Origin: Chloroflexota bacterium
GTDB lineage: Bacteria; Chloroflexota; Limnocylindria; P2-11E
DNA length: 36,764 bases
Direction of reading: 5' to 3'
NCBI GenBank assembly: GCA_031394155.1
Contig: JANMWW010000307.1
Coordinates: 1-36,764 of the forward strand
Under the pieces are notes generated by a model, which saw only the letters and a list, made by a program, of their open reading frames with translations, searched no databases and was not told where the DNA came from. Position numbers and translations under genes: made by a program. Below are positions 17,939 through 27,243 of the stretch, one piece after another (position 1 is the first letter of the stretch; each line of letters starts with the position of its first letter).

Positions 17939-18832
17939 TCAGGCCGGCTCGATCTCCCCCGTCGCCGAGCGCGGCCCGGAGTGAAGCGTCGCCACTCGGA
18001 CGCCGGCAAGGATCACCGCGCCGCCGACCACCTCGAGGGGCGCAGGTTGTTCTCCCAGGATCAGCACGGCCTGCACCAGCGCGAAGATCGGCACGAGATA
18101 GCTGACCATCGACGCGGTCCCTGCGCCGAAACGGCGCACGCCCCAGTAGAACAGCACGAATCCGACGATCGTGGCGAACACGACGAGGTACGCGATGTCC
18201 AGCCACGCGAAGACCGACCAGGACGGCACGTCGGCGTAGCCCTTCTCGAGGAAGCCCAGCGGGAACAGCATCGCCGCACCGGCGAGACACGCGACCGCAG
18301 TGACGCCGAGTGGTGAGCCTTGGCGTGTCGTGATCGCACCGATCGTCGCGTACACGCTCCACGCAGCTGCGCCGCCGAGATGCAGCAGGTCGGCGGTCAG
18401 GCGCTGGCCGGTGAACGTAAGTCCGGTCGCGGCGGCTATGACCAGGATCGCGCCGACCGTCGCGAGGCCCAGACCAGCGAGCTTGTACCTGTTCAATCGC
18501 TCTCCGATGACTGTCGCGAACACGACGGTCAGCACCGGATTGATGGTCGGCACGATGAGCGCACCGTCGGAGGCCGGAGCGATCGTGAGCGCGGAGAAGA
18601 CCAGCGCGTTGTAGACGAAGATCCCGAAGAACCCAGCGACGATCAGGAGTGGCCATCGCTCGAGACCGAGCGGCTGCCTCGTGATGCGGGCGAGCGCAAG
18701 CATGAGCGACCCGGCGATCGCGAAGCGGATCGCGGAGAGCTCGAACGGTGGGACCGCGGTCACGCCGAGCTTGCCGAACGTCCAGCTGCCGCTCCAGCAG
18801 AGCGCGACGGTGACGAACGCGCCGACGGTCAG
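17939..18832 (-). CDS. EamA/DMT family transporter (start uncertain)
   Basis: CWSGSW, PPFELSAIRF, IGERL and LILGE motifs, about 10 TM. No ATG/GTG at the expected start; CTG at 18832 used, ATG at 18901 is an alternative. Confidence 0.85.
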   Translation of the reverse strand: MTVGAFVTVALCWSGSWTFGKLGVTAVPPFELSAIRFAIAGSLMLALARITRQPLGLERWPLLIVAGFFGIFVYNALVFSALTIAPASDGALIVPTINPVLTVVFATVIGERLNRYKLAGLGLATVGAILVIAAATGLTFTGQRLTADLLHLGGAAAWSVYATIGAITTRQGSPLGVTAVACLAGAAMLFPLGFLEKGYADVPSWSVFAWLDIAYLVVFATIVGFVLFYWGVRRFGAGTASMVSYLVPIFALVQAVLILGEQPAPLEVVGGAVILAGVRVATLHSGPRSATGEIEPA

Positions 18833-18842
18833 GACTCGCGAG

Positions 18843-20018
18843 CTAGGCGACGCGCACCCCCTGCTGGTACACGGCCCACACGCGCCAGAGCGCGCGGGCA
18901 TCGGAAAGCGGATCGCCGTGGACGAGCACCAGATCGGCGGGCAGGCCCTCCGCGATCTGGCCCGCGTGCTTGACGCCGTAGAGGGTGCCGCCATTGCGCG
19001 TCGCCGCGGCGAGCGCTTCGAATGGCTGGAGACCTGCGGCCACGAGAAGCTCGACCTCCCATGCGAGATGGCCGGCGCGCACCGATCCGCCGCCGAAGTC
19101 GGAGCCCGTCGCGATCGTCACGCCGGCGCGTTTCGCTGCGGCGACCGACGCGTAGGCGCCCGCTTTGCGCTTCGCGATGCGCTGGCGGCTGTCGGCCGTC
19201 GCGAAGCGATCGATGGTCGTCGTCGTCGCGAACGTCTCCCACGACGCGAAGACGGAGAGCGTCGAGACGAGTGTCACGTTGTTGCGCTTCATCGTTCGGG
19301 CGATGTCGTCATCGAGCTCCATGCCATGCTCGATGGAATCGACGCCGCCCTCGGCCGCGACGCGCGCGCCATCGAGGTAGCCGGAGTGCGCCGCGACCTT
19401 CGCGCCGCGCGCGTGCACGGCCGTGACGGTCTCGCGCACCGCATCGACCGTGAACGGCGAATCCTTCACGCCGCCGGGCGCGTCCATGTAGAGCTTGACG
19501 AGATCGGTCCCGAGATCGAGCTGTCCCATGGCCGCGTTCTTCAGGCCCGGGCTGTCGGTGGTCACCCACATGTCCGGGTACCCCGTGCCCCCGATCCACG
19601 TGCCCGCCACGCGCATATACGGCGCGCCGGTCTTGCCCTTGTGCTCGTCGCGCACTCCGATCGCGATCGGGACGCCACTGGCGCTCGGCGATCCGACGTC
19701 GCGGGACCACAGCACGCCGGCCTGCACCAGTCGTTTGGCGTTGTCGCGCGCGACCTGCCGGAGCACGTCCGGGGGGTCGTCGCCGCGCTGGATCCAGTGG
19801 CTGCCGCCCTGCATGGTGAGGTGGCTGTGGCAGTCGACCATCGCCGGAACGATCACCGCGCCACCCGCATCGAGAACCTCGGCCCCGTGCGTGTCGGCGG
19901 AGTCGTTCGGACGGATCCACGCGATCTTTCCGTCCTCGATCGCGAGGCTCACGCCCGTTCGCAGGGACGCGGACGTGCCGTCAGCGAAGGCTGCGTCGTG
20001 AAGGACGATGCGCGTCAC
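18843..20018 (-). CDS. Metal-dependent amidohydrolase (Xaa-Pro dipeptidase / imidazolonepropionase-like)
   Basis: DCHSH, VKLY, AAHS, SIEHG and GSDFG metal-ligand motifs. GTG at 20018. Confidence 0.9.
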   Translation of the reverse strand: MTRIVLHDAAFADGTSASLRTGVSLAIEDGKIAWIRPNDSADTHGAEVLDAGGAVIVPAMVDCHSHLTMQGGSHWIQRGDDPPDVLRQVARDNAKRLVQAGVLWSRDVGSPSASGVPIAIGVRDEHKGKTGAPYMRVAGTWIGGTGYPDMWVTTDSPGLKNAAMGQLDLGTDLVKLYMDAPGGVKDSPFTVDAVRETVTAVHARGAKVAAHSGYLDGARVAAEGGVDSIEHGMELDDDIARTMKRNNVTLVSTLSVFASWETFATTTTIDRFATADSRQRIAKRKAGAYASVAAAKRAGVTIATGSDFGGGSVRAGHLAWEVELLVAAGLQPFEALAAATRNGGTLYGVKHAGQIAEGLPADLVLVHGDPLSDARALWRVWAVYQQGVRVA

Positions 20019-20040
20019 GGTTCGCGATGGTAGGCGAGCG

Positions 20041-20310
20041 CTAGCGTTCGGGCTTGCGCACCAGGCGCTTTGCCAGGAGGTACAGAAAGAGCAGCACGCC
20101 TGCGGCACCGCTTGCCAGCGCGAATTCCTTGCCGACGCCCGCGATCTGCAGGACGAAGATGAAAAACCAGGCCGCGAGGACCCATCCAAGAGCTTCGATG
20201 CGCTCGTCTGAGGTCATGCCCTGTCCGCCACGTCGGGGACGGAAAGCAAATCCGAGGAGCGCGATCACCGTGGCCGCGATGAGGCCGTAGACCACGTTCT
20301 CAAGGCTCAT
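20041..20310 (-). CDS. Small 3-TM hypothetical membrane protein
   Basis: 89-aa ORF with three hydrophobic segments filling the gap between genes. Confidence 0.7.
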   Translation of the reverse strand: MSLENVVYGLIAATVIALLGFAFRPRRGGQGMTSDERIEALGWVLAAWFFIFVLQIAGVGKEFALASGAAGVLLFLYLLAKRLVRKPER

Positions 20311-20381
20311 TCGGAGAGGCGCATCTCTGCCGCTGGTATACGCCCGCCGTCAATCCCTCCACGCGCGATTGCTGCGGCGGC

Positions 20382-21410
20382 TCAGTCCGTCCAATCCATG
20401 ACGACCTTGCCGCACTGGCCCGAGCGCACGACGTCGAACGCCTCCGCGAAGTCCTTCGCGGCGAAGCGATGCGTGATCACGGGTGTGATGTCGAGTCCGC
20501 TCTGCAGCATCGAGCCCATGCGGTACCAGGTCTCGAACATCTCCCGGCCGTAGATGCCTTTCAGCGTGAGGCCCCGGAAGATCACCTGGTCCCAGGAGAT
20601 CGGGATCTCCTCGCTGGGGATCCCGAGGAGCGCCACCCGCCCGCCATTGTTCATGAACTTCAGCATCGAGCGAAGGGCCTCGGGTGCGCCTGACATCTCG
20701 AGGCCGATGTCGAACCCCTCGAGCATGCCGAGCTCCTGCATGACTTGGTCGAGCGTCGTCGTGCGGTAGTCGACTGCGAGCGTCGCGCCCAAGCGGCGCG
20801 CGAGGTTGAGCCGATACGGATTGGAATCGGTGACCACGATGTAGCGCGCGCCGGCCATCTTCGCCACGGCCGCGGCCATCACGCCGATCGGCCCGGCGCC
20901 GGTGATGAGCACGTCCTCCCCCGCCAGCTCGAATGACAGCGCGCTATGCACGGCGTTTCCGAGCGGATCGAGGCACGAGCCGATCTCGTCGGGCATGCCC
21001 GGCGGCAGCACGTACGCATTCGACGCCGGAACCGAGACGAACTCCGCGAACGCGCCGTCGCGGTTCACACCGATGCCTCTTGTGTTGCGGCAGAGATGGC
21101 GGCGGCCGGCGCGGCAGTTGCGGCAGTGGCCACACGTGACGTGCCCCTCCACCGAGACGCGCTGGCCCGTCGTGAATCCCGACACCTCGCTGCCGACGTC
21201 GACGATCGTTCCCTCGAACTCGTGACCGAGCACGAGCGGGATCTTTATGGTCCGCTGCGCCCACGCGTCCCAATTCACGATGTGCAGGTCCGTGCCGCAG
21301 ATCGACGCGTAGTGCACGCGAAGGAGCAGGTCGTTCGGCCCGATCGTCGGCTTTGGGACGTCTTGCAGCCAGATGCCGGGTTCGGCCCGGCTCTTCACGA
21401 GCGCTTTCAC
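20382..21410 (-). CDS. tdh: L-threonine 3-dehydrogenase
   Basis: [26 protein letters not shown] and [12 protein letters not shown]. Adjacent to kbl. Confidence 0.97.
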   Translation of the reverse strand: MKALVKSRAEPGIWLQDVPKPTIGPNDLLLRVHYASICGTDLHIVNWDAWAQRTIKIPLVLGHEFEGTIVDVGSEVSGFTTGQRVSVEGHVTCGHCRNCRAGRRHLCRNTRGIGVNRDGAFAEFVSVPASNAYVLPPGMPDEIGSCLDPLGNAVHSALSFELAGEDVLITGAGPIGVMAAAVAKMAGARYIVVTDSNPYRLNLARRLGATLAVDYRTTTLDQVMQELGMLEGFDIGLEMSGAPEALRSMLKFMNNGGRVALLGIPSEEIPISWDQVIFRGLTLKGIYGREMFETWYRMGSMLQSGLDITPVITHRFAAKDFAEAFDVVRSGQCGKVVMDWTD

Positions 21411-21435
21411 GACGTTCTTGGCCGCGTGAGAACTC

Positions 21436-22668
21436 TCACGCGGAGGGGATCACGCCGAGGGAACGCCCGACCCTGGTGAACGCCGCGATCGCGCGGTCGA
21501 CGTGCTCCGGCTCGTGCGCGGCGGACAGCTGCACACGAATGCGCGCTTGATCGCGCGGCACTACCGGGAACGAGAACGCGATGACGTAGATGCCTTCGTC
21601 GAGGAGCCGGTCGGCCATCGTGGACGCGAGCTTCGCGTCGCCGAGCATGACCGGGACGATGGGATGCTCGCCCGGCACGAGACGGAAGCCCGCCTTCGTC
21701 ATCCCCGCGCGAAAACGCGCGGCATTCGCGACGAGCCGTTCGCGCAGATCGTTCGCCGATTCGAGCAGATCCAGCACGGCGATCGACGTCGCGGCGATGA
21801 CGGGCGCCAGCGTGTTGGAGAAGAGGTATGGCCGGCTGCGCTGCCGCAGGAGCTCGACGATCTCCTTGCGACCGCTCGTGTAGCCACCCGATGCGCCACC
21901 GAGCGCCTTCCCGAGCGTGCCGGTGAGGATGTCCACGCGCCCCATGACACCGCGAGCCTCGTGCGAGCCGCGACCGCCCTTACCCATGAACCCCACGCCG
22001 TGCGAGTCGTCGACGAACACGAGCGCGCCGTGCTTGTCCGCGAGATCGCAGATCGCGGGCAGGTCCGCGAGGGTGCCGTCCATCGAGAACACGCCGTCCG
22101 TCGCGATGAGCTTGAAGCGCGCATCCTTCGCGGCCTCGAGCTGCTTTGCGAGATCGGCCATGTCGTTGTTGGCGTAGCGGAAACGCTTCGCCTTCGAGAG
22201 ACGGATCCCGTCGATGATGCTCGCGTGGTTGAGCGAGTCGCTGATCACCGCATCCTCTTCACCCAGGATCGTCTCGAACAGTCCCCCGTTCGCGTCGAAG
22301 CATGAGCCGTAGAGGATGGTGTCTTCCGTGCCGAGGAACCGCGTGAGCCGACCCTCGAGCTCCTTATGGATGTCCTGGGTGCCGCAGATGAAGCGCACTG
22401 ACGACATGCCGTAGCCCCAGCGATCCAGCGCGGCGTGCGCGGCCCGTAGGACCACAGGATGGTCTGAGAGACCGAGGTAGTTGTTCGCGCAAAAGTTGAT
22501 GACCTCAAACTGCAGGGGCAGGGGCCCGTGTTCAGCCGAGCGAAGCGAGGCGTGTACGCGGATCTCGGCGCCCTGCGGCGACGTGATGATCCGCTCCTTC
22601 TTGTAGAGCCCGGCCTCGCGGATCTGGCTGATCTGCTCGTCCAGGCTGTCGAGGAAGCGCCGGTCCAT
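21436..22668 (-). CDS. kbl: Glycine C-acetyltransferase (2-amino-3-ketobutyrate CoA ligase)
   Basis: [28 protein letters not shown] (PLP lysine) and [13 protein letters not shown] at 22668. Confidence 0.97.
   Translation of the reverse strand: MDRRFLDSLDEQISQIREAGLYKKERIITSPQGAEIRVHASLRSAEHGPLPLQFEVINFCANNYLGLSDHPVVLRAAHAALDRWGYGMSSVRFICGTQDIHKELEGRLTRFLGTEDTILYGSCFDANGGLFETILGEEDAVISDSLNHASIIDGIRLSKAKRFRYANNDMADLAKQLEAAKDARFKLIATDGVFSMDGTLADLPAICDLADKHGALVFVDDSHGVGFMGKGGRGSHEARGVMGRVDILTGTLGKALGGASGGYTSGRKEIVELLRQRSRPYLFSNTLAPVIAATSIAVLDLLESANDLRERLVANAARFRAGMTKAGFRLVPGEHPIVPVMLGDAKLASTMADRLLDEGIYVIAFSFPVVPRDQARIRVQLSAAHEPEHVDRAIAAFTRVGRSLGVIPSA
22514..22553 (+). repeat. Short GA-hairpin element, copy 2 (in-frame insertion in kbl)
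   Basis: aggggcaggggcccgtgttcagccgagcgaagcgaggcgt matches 6810-6847. On the kbl strand it encodes most of [14 protein letters not shown]. Confidence 0.8.
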
Positions 22669-22717
22669 CGCGGGCATCATCGCCCGTCGGCCCGTGACTT
22701 GCACGCGGCCGCCCTGC

Positions 22718-23005
22718 CTACGCGGCCCTAGCGCCCTCCGCTGCTGCGCGGAACGCTTCCGCGCACACGTCCCGCACCGCGATCGGCGATGCGTCGCACT
22801 CATCCGCGAGACCCATGAGCGCGTCGAACATCGCGTCGGATCCGCGCTTGGGCAGGTCGCCGTTTCCGCCGCGCCAGTTCTCGCGCGCGTCGTTCACCAG
22901 GCGCACGACGCTGTCCTGGAAGTTGTCGCTGCGGAACTCGTTCCACAGCGCAACGCGCTCAGCCGCTTCCGCCAGCACGCGAGCGCGCTCGTCCGACGCT
23001 TTCAT
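22718..23005 (-). CDS. Hypothetical helical protein (95 aa)
   Basis: ATG at 23005, GC3-rich codons, fills the gap between the GT4 gene and kbl. Confidence 0.65.
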   Translation of the reverse strand: MKASDERARVLAEAAERVALWNEFRSDNFQDSVVRLVNDARENWRGGNGDLPKRGSDAMFDALMGLADECDASPIAVRDVCAEAFRAAAEGARAA

Positions 23006-23039
23006 CCCTGCACCGTCACTTTCAACTGCGACCCGGAGG

Positions 23040-24080
23040 TCACGAGACCACCGCCTGCTGCTGAGCGAGCACGGCGTTGTACACGTCCAGGTAGTCGGAG
23101 ACCATGCGATCGCGGCTGAAGCGCTCGGCACAGCGCGCGCGGACGGCACGCCGATCCAGCATGCCGACCTTCGCGAGCGCCGCAAGCGCGCCATCGACAT
23201 CGTCGACCACGAACCCGGTCACGCCGTCGTCCACCACCTCCGGCACCGATCCGCGCCGCCGCCCGATGACCGGCGTCCCGCAGGCCATGGCTTCGATCAT
23301 CGACAGGCCAAAGGGCTCGGCGAAGTTCACCAGGTGCACGAGGGCAAGAGCATTGCCGAGAAGCTCATCTCTTTCCTTCGGTCCTGCGGAGCCGACGTAA
23401 CGAACGCGGTCATCGTCGATGTGCGGTGCGACCTCGCGGGCGAAATAGGCCTCATCGTGGATGATGCCGGCGATCACGAGCCGCATGTCCGCTCGGCGAG
23501 CGAGCTCGATCGCCTCGGCCACGCCTTTGTCCGGATGGATGCGTCCGAAGAACACCAGGTACTCGCCGGCAGCCTCGCGTGGTGTGAACTCATCGAGTGC
23601 GATGCCGTGATAGACGGTCGCGAGATAGCGAAGCGACGGATGCCGGTCCGCGTTGCTGATCGAGACGTAGCTCGACCGCCCGTCGTAGCGCTTGAAGACG
23701 GGCAGGATCCGCTCGGAGGAGAAGCCATGGATCGTCGTGACGAGCGGAACATCAGTGAGGCCGCTGTACGACAAAGGCAGGAAGTCGTAGTGGTTGTGAA
23801 GCAGATCGAGTCCGAGATCGCGCGCTCGCTCGAAAGCGTTCGCGATGTGCAGGCTCTCCCAGACCTTTGCGTCCAGGGAGTCGTCCTCGCTGAGCGGACG
23901 CGGCGCCACGCTCTCCAAACGAGCCGCGGTGATCGAGTCCGCGGTCGCGAAGAGCGTGACATCCACCCCGCGCTCAACGAGTCCCTCTGTGAGAAGCGAG
24001 ACGACTCGCTCCCAGGGACCGTAGTGACGGGGCGGCACTCGCCACGAGATCGGGGCGAGGATGCCGACCCGCAGGGTCAC
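23040..24080 (-). CDS. Glycosyltransferase family 4
   Basis: PPRHYGPWE, GRIHPDKG and EPFGLSMIEAMACGTPV. Confidence 0.93.
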   Translation of the reverse strand: MTLRVGILAPISWRVPPRHYGPWERVVSLLTEGLVERGVDVTLFATADSITAARLESVAPRPLSEDDSLDAKVWESLHIANAFERARDLGLDLLHNHYDFLPLSYSGLTDVPLVTTIHGFSSERILPVFKRYDGRSSYVSISNADRHPSLRYLATVYHGIALDEFTPREAAGEYLVFFGRIHPDKGVAEAIELARRADMRLVIAGIIHDEAYFAREVAPHIDDDRVRYVGSAGPKERDELLGNALALVHLVNFAEPFGLSMIEAMACGTPVIGRRRGSVPEVVDDGVTGFVVDDVDGALAALAKVGMLDRRAVRARCAERFSRDRMVSDYLDVYNAVLAQQQAVVS

Positions 24081-24574
24081 TTCTGGCCGGTCGGGCTGCT
24101 CCCGGAGGTCCCAGGCTCGACCTTGCCGCCATGGATCTCACCGCGCCACGCGCCCGTTGGGACTTGGCGCTTCTCGATGAAGTCCTTGAAACGACCGAGG
24201 TCGCCGGAGACCCGTCGGTCGAGGACGCCAAGGGCGTCGCCGACCTTCTCGGCCGCGTCGCGCGGCTCGTACGAGATCTCGAGAAAAACCCGGGACGTCT
24301 CGCCGACTGGCTCGAACCGCACGGTGCCGGCGTTCGGCGTGCCAGTGGTGCTGCGCCACGCGATGATCTTGTTCGGGGTCTGCTCGGTGATCTCGGCTTC
24401 CCACTCTTCGGTCTTGAGACCGATCTGCGCGGTCCAGCGCAGCGTCTTTTCGTCGAGCTGGACGACTTCCTTCACGCCTTCCATGAACTCGGGGAAACTC
24501 TCGAACTGCGTCCACTGGTCGTACGCGACTTCGACCGGAACGTCGACGACGATGTCCTTCTGGATCCGTGCCAT
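24077..24574 (-). CDS. SRPBCC (polyketide cyclase/dehydrase-like) family protein
   Basis: AYDQWTQFESFPEFMEGV...GDLGRFKDFIE...GAWRG. GGGAG RBS. Confidence 0.92.
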   Translation of the reverse strand: MARIQKDIVVDVPVEVAYDQWTQFESFPEFMEGVKEVVQLDEKTLRWTAQIGLKTEEWEAEITEQTPNKIIAWRSTTGTPNAGTVRFEPVGETSRVFLEISYEPRDAAEKVGDALGVLDRRVSGDLGRFKDFIEKRQVPTGAWRGEIHGGKVEPGTSGSSPTGQK

Positions 24575-24596
24575 GTGCGTGACTCCCTTTTTTCTT

Positions 24597-24884
24597 TTAC
24601 GCGGCGCGGGACGTGATGATCTCTTCCACCGTGCCGTCCCACCGTGTCAGGAACTCGTGTGCATCGAGCACGTCGTCGCGGTTGATCGGTTCGCTCACTT
24701 CACCCGGGCCGTCGCGCTTCACGATCGCCAGGCTGTTCTCCCCACAGACGCTGCACGCCAGACGCACGACGAGGGCATTCGGCTCCGCCGTGATCCCGCG
24801 CACCGCGCAGCTCCGCAGATGGGCGCCGCAGTTGGGGCATTCCATTTGTCGGATGCTGTCGAAGACCGCGCCGATCCAATCCAC
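24597..24884 (-). CDS. Small Zn-ribbon protein (CxxC...CxxC) with acidic C-terminal helix
   Basis: CPNC, CSVC and INRDDVLDAHEFL. Confidence 0.8.
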   Translation of the reverse strand: MDWIGAVFDSIRQMECPNCGAHLRSCAVRGITAEPNALVVRLACSVCGENSLAIVKRDGPGEVSEPINRDDVLDAHEFLTRWDGTVEEIITSRAA

Positions 24885-24976
24885 ACCGCTGTCCTCTGCA
24901 CGTCCCTCGCCACATGCGGCGCTCGCTCGCTCGTTGAGCGAGAGAGCAGGCAGATTGTGGACAGATCCTGTGTTTT

Positions 24977-25444
24977 CTAGGGCGTTTCTTCGTCCGTCGC
25001 GAAGGCGCCGATCAGCGCCCCCGTGATCCGCGCCTGCGAGACAAGCTCCGTCCAGACGGTCTCGATGGTCGTGTCGTCAGGTGCGTCTTCCTGGCCGCGC
25101 ACGCGACGCAGCGCCGCCACGACGCAGGAGCGAAGCGATCGCGCCGAGAGGTAAGCCCCGTCCGCGACTCGTGCGACGCTCGCTGCCATGGCTGCGCGAC
25201 GGTGCGCCTCGATGTACGCGGGCATGTCGTCAGGCGGAGAGCCGTGCAGGGTGGAGCCGTCTGAGTAGAGGACGACCGCGACGTCGTACGGCGTGATCGT
25301 GGAAAGGCTCGCGCTCCGACCGCCGATATACACGACGTCATGGAGCCGCAGCGTGACCCGCCCTTCGGCGGCGAGCGCGCCGGCGCGCGCGAGGATGCGC
25401 GTGGCGATGACCAGTTCCGTGGCCGGCTGCTCGCGCACCAGCAT
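24977..25444 (-). CDS. Degenerate class II aldolase/adducin-like protein
   Basis: N-terminal pattern EL..ATRIL..AG....GRVTLR...ITPYDV.V...DG....G.P follows the aldolase II head. No HxH Zn motif. Confidence 0.55.
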   Translation of the reverse strand: MLVREQPATELVIATRILARAGALAAEGRVTLRLHDVVYIGGRSASLSTITPYDVAVVLYSDGSTLHGSPPDDMPAYIEAHRRAAMAASVARVADGAYLSARSLRSCVVAALRRVRGQEDAPDDTTIETVWTELVSQARITGALIGAFATDEETP

Positions 25445-25460
25445 GCGGATAGGGTGGCAC

Positions 25461-25486
25461 GGAACCCGAAAGCCGGCACGGACGTC
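25461..25486 (+). promoter_or_regulatory. ECF-type promoter candidate
   Basis: GGAAC-N17-CGTC just upstream of ATG at 25498. Confidence 0.5.
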
Positions 25487-25497
25487 GTAGGAGTGAG

Positions 25498-26130
25498 ATG
25501 AGAACTTGCTTGCTCGTCCTGGTGGCGCTCCTCTGCGCGGCCGCCTGTGCGCCCGCCGCCGGCTTACCGGCGCGCCAGGCGGATATCACCGGCCTCGTCA
25601 CGAACGTGGGTGCGGGCACGCGCACGATCCTGGTGGAGGAGTTGCGCGATCCGAACACCGGGGCGAAAGCGTCGGTGACGATCGACGACTCGACGCGCAT
25701 CTGGACCGCGAACGGACAGTCGGTCACGCGTGTGGCACCGGATGCTCTGCGCGTCGGCGCGAGCGTTCGTGTGTGGTTCAACGGACCTGTCGCGACGTCG
25801 TATCCGGTGCAAGGAAAAGCCGCTGACATCGCGATCGCCGCTTCTTCCGGCGTGCCACGGCTCGACGTCCTGAGCAAAGGCGGCCCGACGGTGGTGGTGC
25901 GAGTGAATCGCGTGGACGCGGCGCACGTCGCGTGCAACGGCGGCGACGTGATCTTCGCCGCCGATCAGGGAGCCTTCCTGCTTCCGTGGAACGTGCAGGT
26001 GGTACGCGAGTCCGACGGAAAGATCCTCCTCGATCAGCGCGTCACGGATCTCCCGCGCTGGATGCTCGTCACGCAGGCGGCGGTGGGCATCTCGGAACAG
26101 GCGATCGCCGGTCCCTACGTCGCCTGCTAG
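25498..26130 (+). CDS. Lipoprotein with DUF3221-like OB-fold domain plus a second small domain
   Basis: Lipobox AAAC and LRVGASVRVWFNGPVATSYPVQGKA motif. AGGAG RBS. Confidence 0.75.
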   Translation: MRTCLLVLVALLCAAACAPAAGLPARQADITGLVTNVGAGTRTILVEELRDPNTGAKASVTIDDSTRIWTANGQSVTRVAPDALRVGASVRVWFNGPVATSYPVQGKAADIAIAASSGVPRLDVLSKGGPTVVVRVNRVDAAHVACNGGDVIFAADQGAFLLPWNVQVVRESDGKILLDQRVTDLPRWMLVTQAAVGISEQAIAGPYVAC

Positions 26131-26155
26131 AGGACAATCTGGGGGTGATGCACTC

Positions 26156-27235
26156 GTGACGCGCGTCCTCGTCATCGGCGGCACGGTATTCATCGGGCCG
26201 GCTGTGGTGCGCCAACTCGGGCAGTCCGGACACGAGGTCGCGGTGTTTCACCGCGGCGAGAACGAGATCGATCTCCCCGAGAGCGTGCGACACATCCACG
26301 GCGACCGCGCGCGCATCGCGGACTCGCGCGCGGAGATCGCCACCTTTGCGCCGGAGGTCGTGGTCGACATGCGTGCCATGACCGAGGCAGACGCGAAGGC
26401 GGCAGCCGACGCGGTCCGTGGCATCGCGAAGCGCTACGTCGTCATCAGCAGCATGGACGTGTACCGCGCGTATGGCCGTCTGCATGGATCCGAGCCGGGT
26501 CCCGCGCTGACGCCGCCATTCAACGAGGACTCGTCGCTCCGCGAAAAGCTGTACCCCTACCGGCCAATGACTACTGCGGAGCCGCAAGGCGCAGCAGCAG
26601 GACGAACAGCCACGCCTGAGTGGCTGTTCTCCTATGACAAGGTCCTCGTCGAGCGGGTCGCGCTGCAGGACCGTGAGCTCGCGGGCAGCGTGGTCCGCTT
26701 TCCGATGGTCCACGGTGAACGCGACGGGCAGCGCCGCTTCTACGCGATCTGGAAGCGGATCGCCGACGGCCGTCGCGCGATCCTGCTGAGCACCGGCTTC
26801 GCGGGATTCCGCTCATCCCGCACGCATGTCGACAACGCCGCGCACGCCGTCGCGCTCGTCGCGACCGACGATCGTGCCGCGGGCCGCGTGTACAACGTCG
26901 GCGAGCCCGACGCGCTCGCCGTCAGCGAGTGGGCGGCGCTCATCGGAAAGCAGATGAGCTGGGGTGGGCAGCTCGTGATCCGGCCGTCCGGCGACCTGCC
27001 GGCGCATTTGAAGGACGAACGGCCCGACATGTGGGAGCACCACCTGGTCGCCGACACCTCCCGCATCCGTCGCGAGCTCGGCTACCGCGAGATGGTCTCG
27101 CGCGAAGAAGGCCTGCGGCGCACGCTCGCGTGGTACTCCAACGTGCCCGCGCCAGACCCGAAAACTGCCGCAAATCTCGATTACGAGGCCGAGGACGCCG
27201 CGCTTGTCACGATCCGCGACCCGGCGGTGCGTTGA
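26156..27235 (+). CDS. NAD-dependent epimerase/dehydratase family (atypical SDR)
   Basis: VLVIGGTVFIG, VISSMDVY, YDK and GRVYNVG. Confidence 0.9.
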   Translation: MTRVLVIGGTVFIGPAVVRQLGQSGHEVAVFHRGENEIDLPESVRHIHGDRARIADSRAEIATFAPEVVVDMRAMTEADAKAAADAVRGIAKRYVVISSMDVYRAYGRLHGSEPGPALTPPFNEDSSLREKLYPYRPMTTAEPQGAAAGRTATPEWLFSYDKVLVERVALQDRELAGSVVRFPMVHGERDGQRRFYAIWKRIADGRRAILLSTGFAGFRSSRTHVDNAAHAVALVATDDRAAGRVYNVGEPDALAVSEWAALIGKQMSWGGQLVIRPSGDLPAHLKDERPDMWEHHLVADTSRIRRELGYREMVSREEGLRRTLAWYSNVPAPDPKTAANLDYEAEDAALVTIRDPAVR

Positions 27236-27243
27236 AAGAAGAC

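Noticed and set aside
24955-24963. DnaA-box-like CTGTCCACA on the minus strand
   Set aside because: Single imperfect copy overlapping a probable -10 box, with no origin context.
22815-24980. 721-aa + strand ORF, and other long antisense ORFs such as 14728-16359 and 3565-5088
   Set aside because: Shadow ORFs opposite well-supported genes in high-GC DNA, with no recognisable motifs.
25128-25138. GAGCGAAGCGA core inside the aldolase-like gene (and AGCGAAGCGA at about 23627)
   Set aside because: Lacks the flanking stem and the upstream gggg..gttc part; explained by ordinary Ser-Leu-Arg codons.
26133-26159. Leaderless 4-codon uORF overlapping the epimerase start
   Set aside because: GGGGGTGA is more simply the SD sequence for GTG at 26156.
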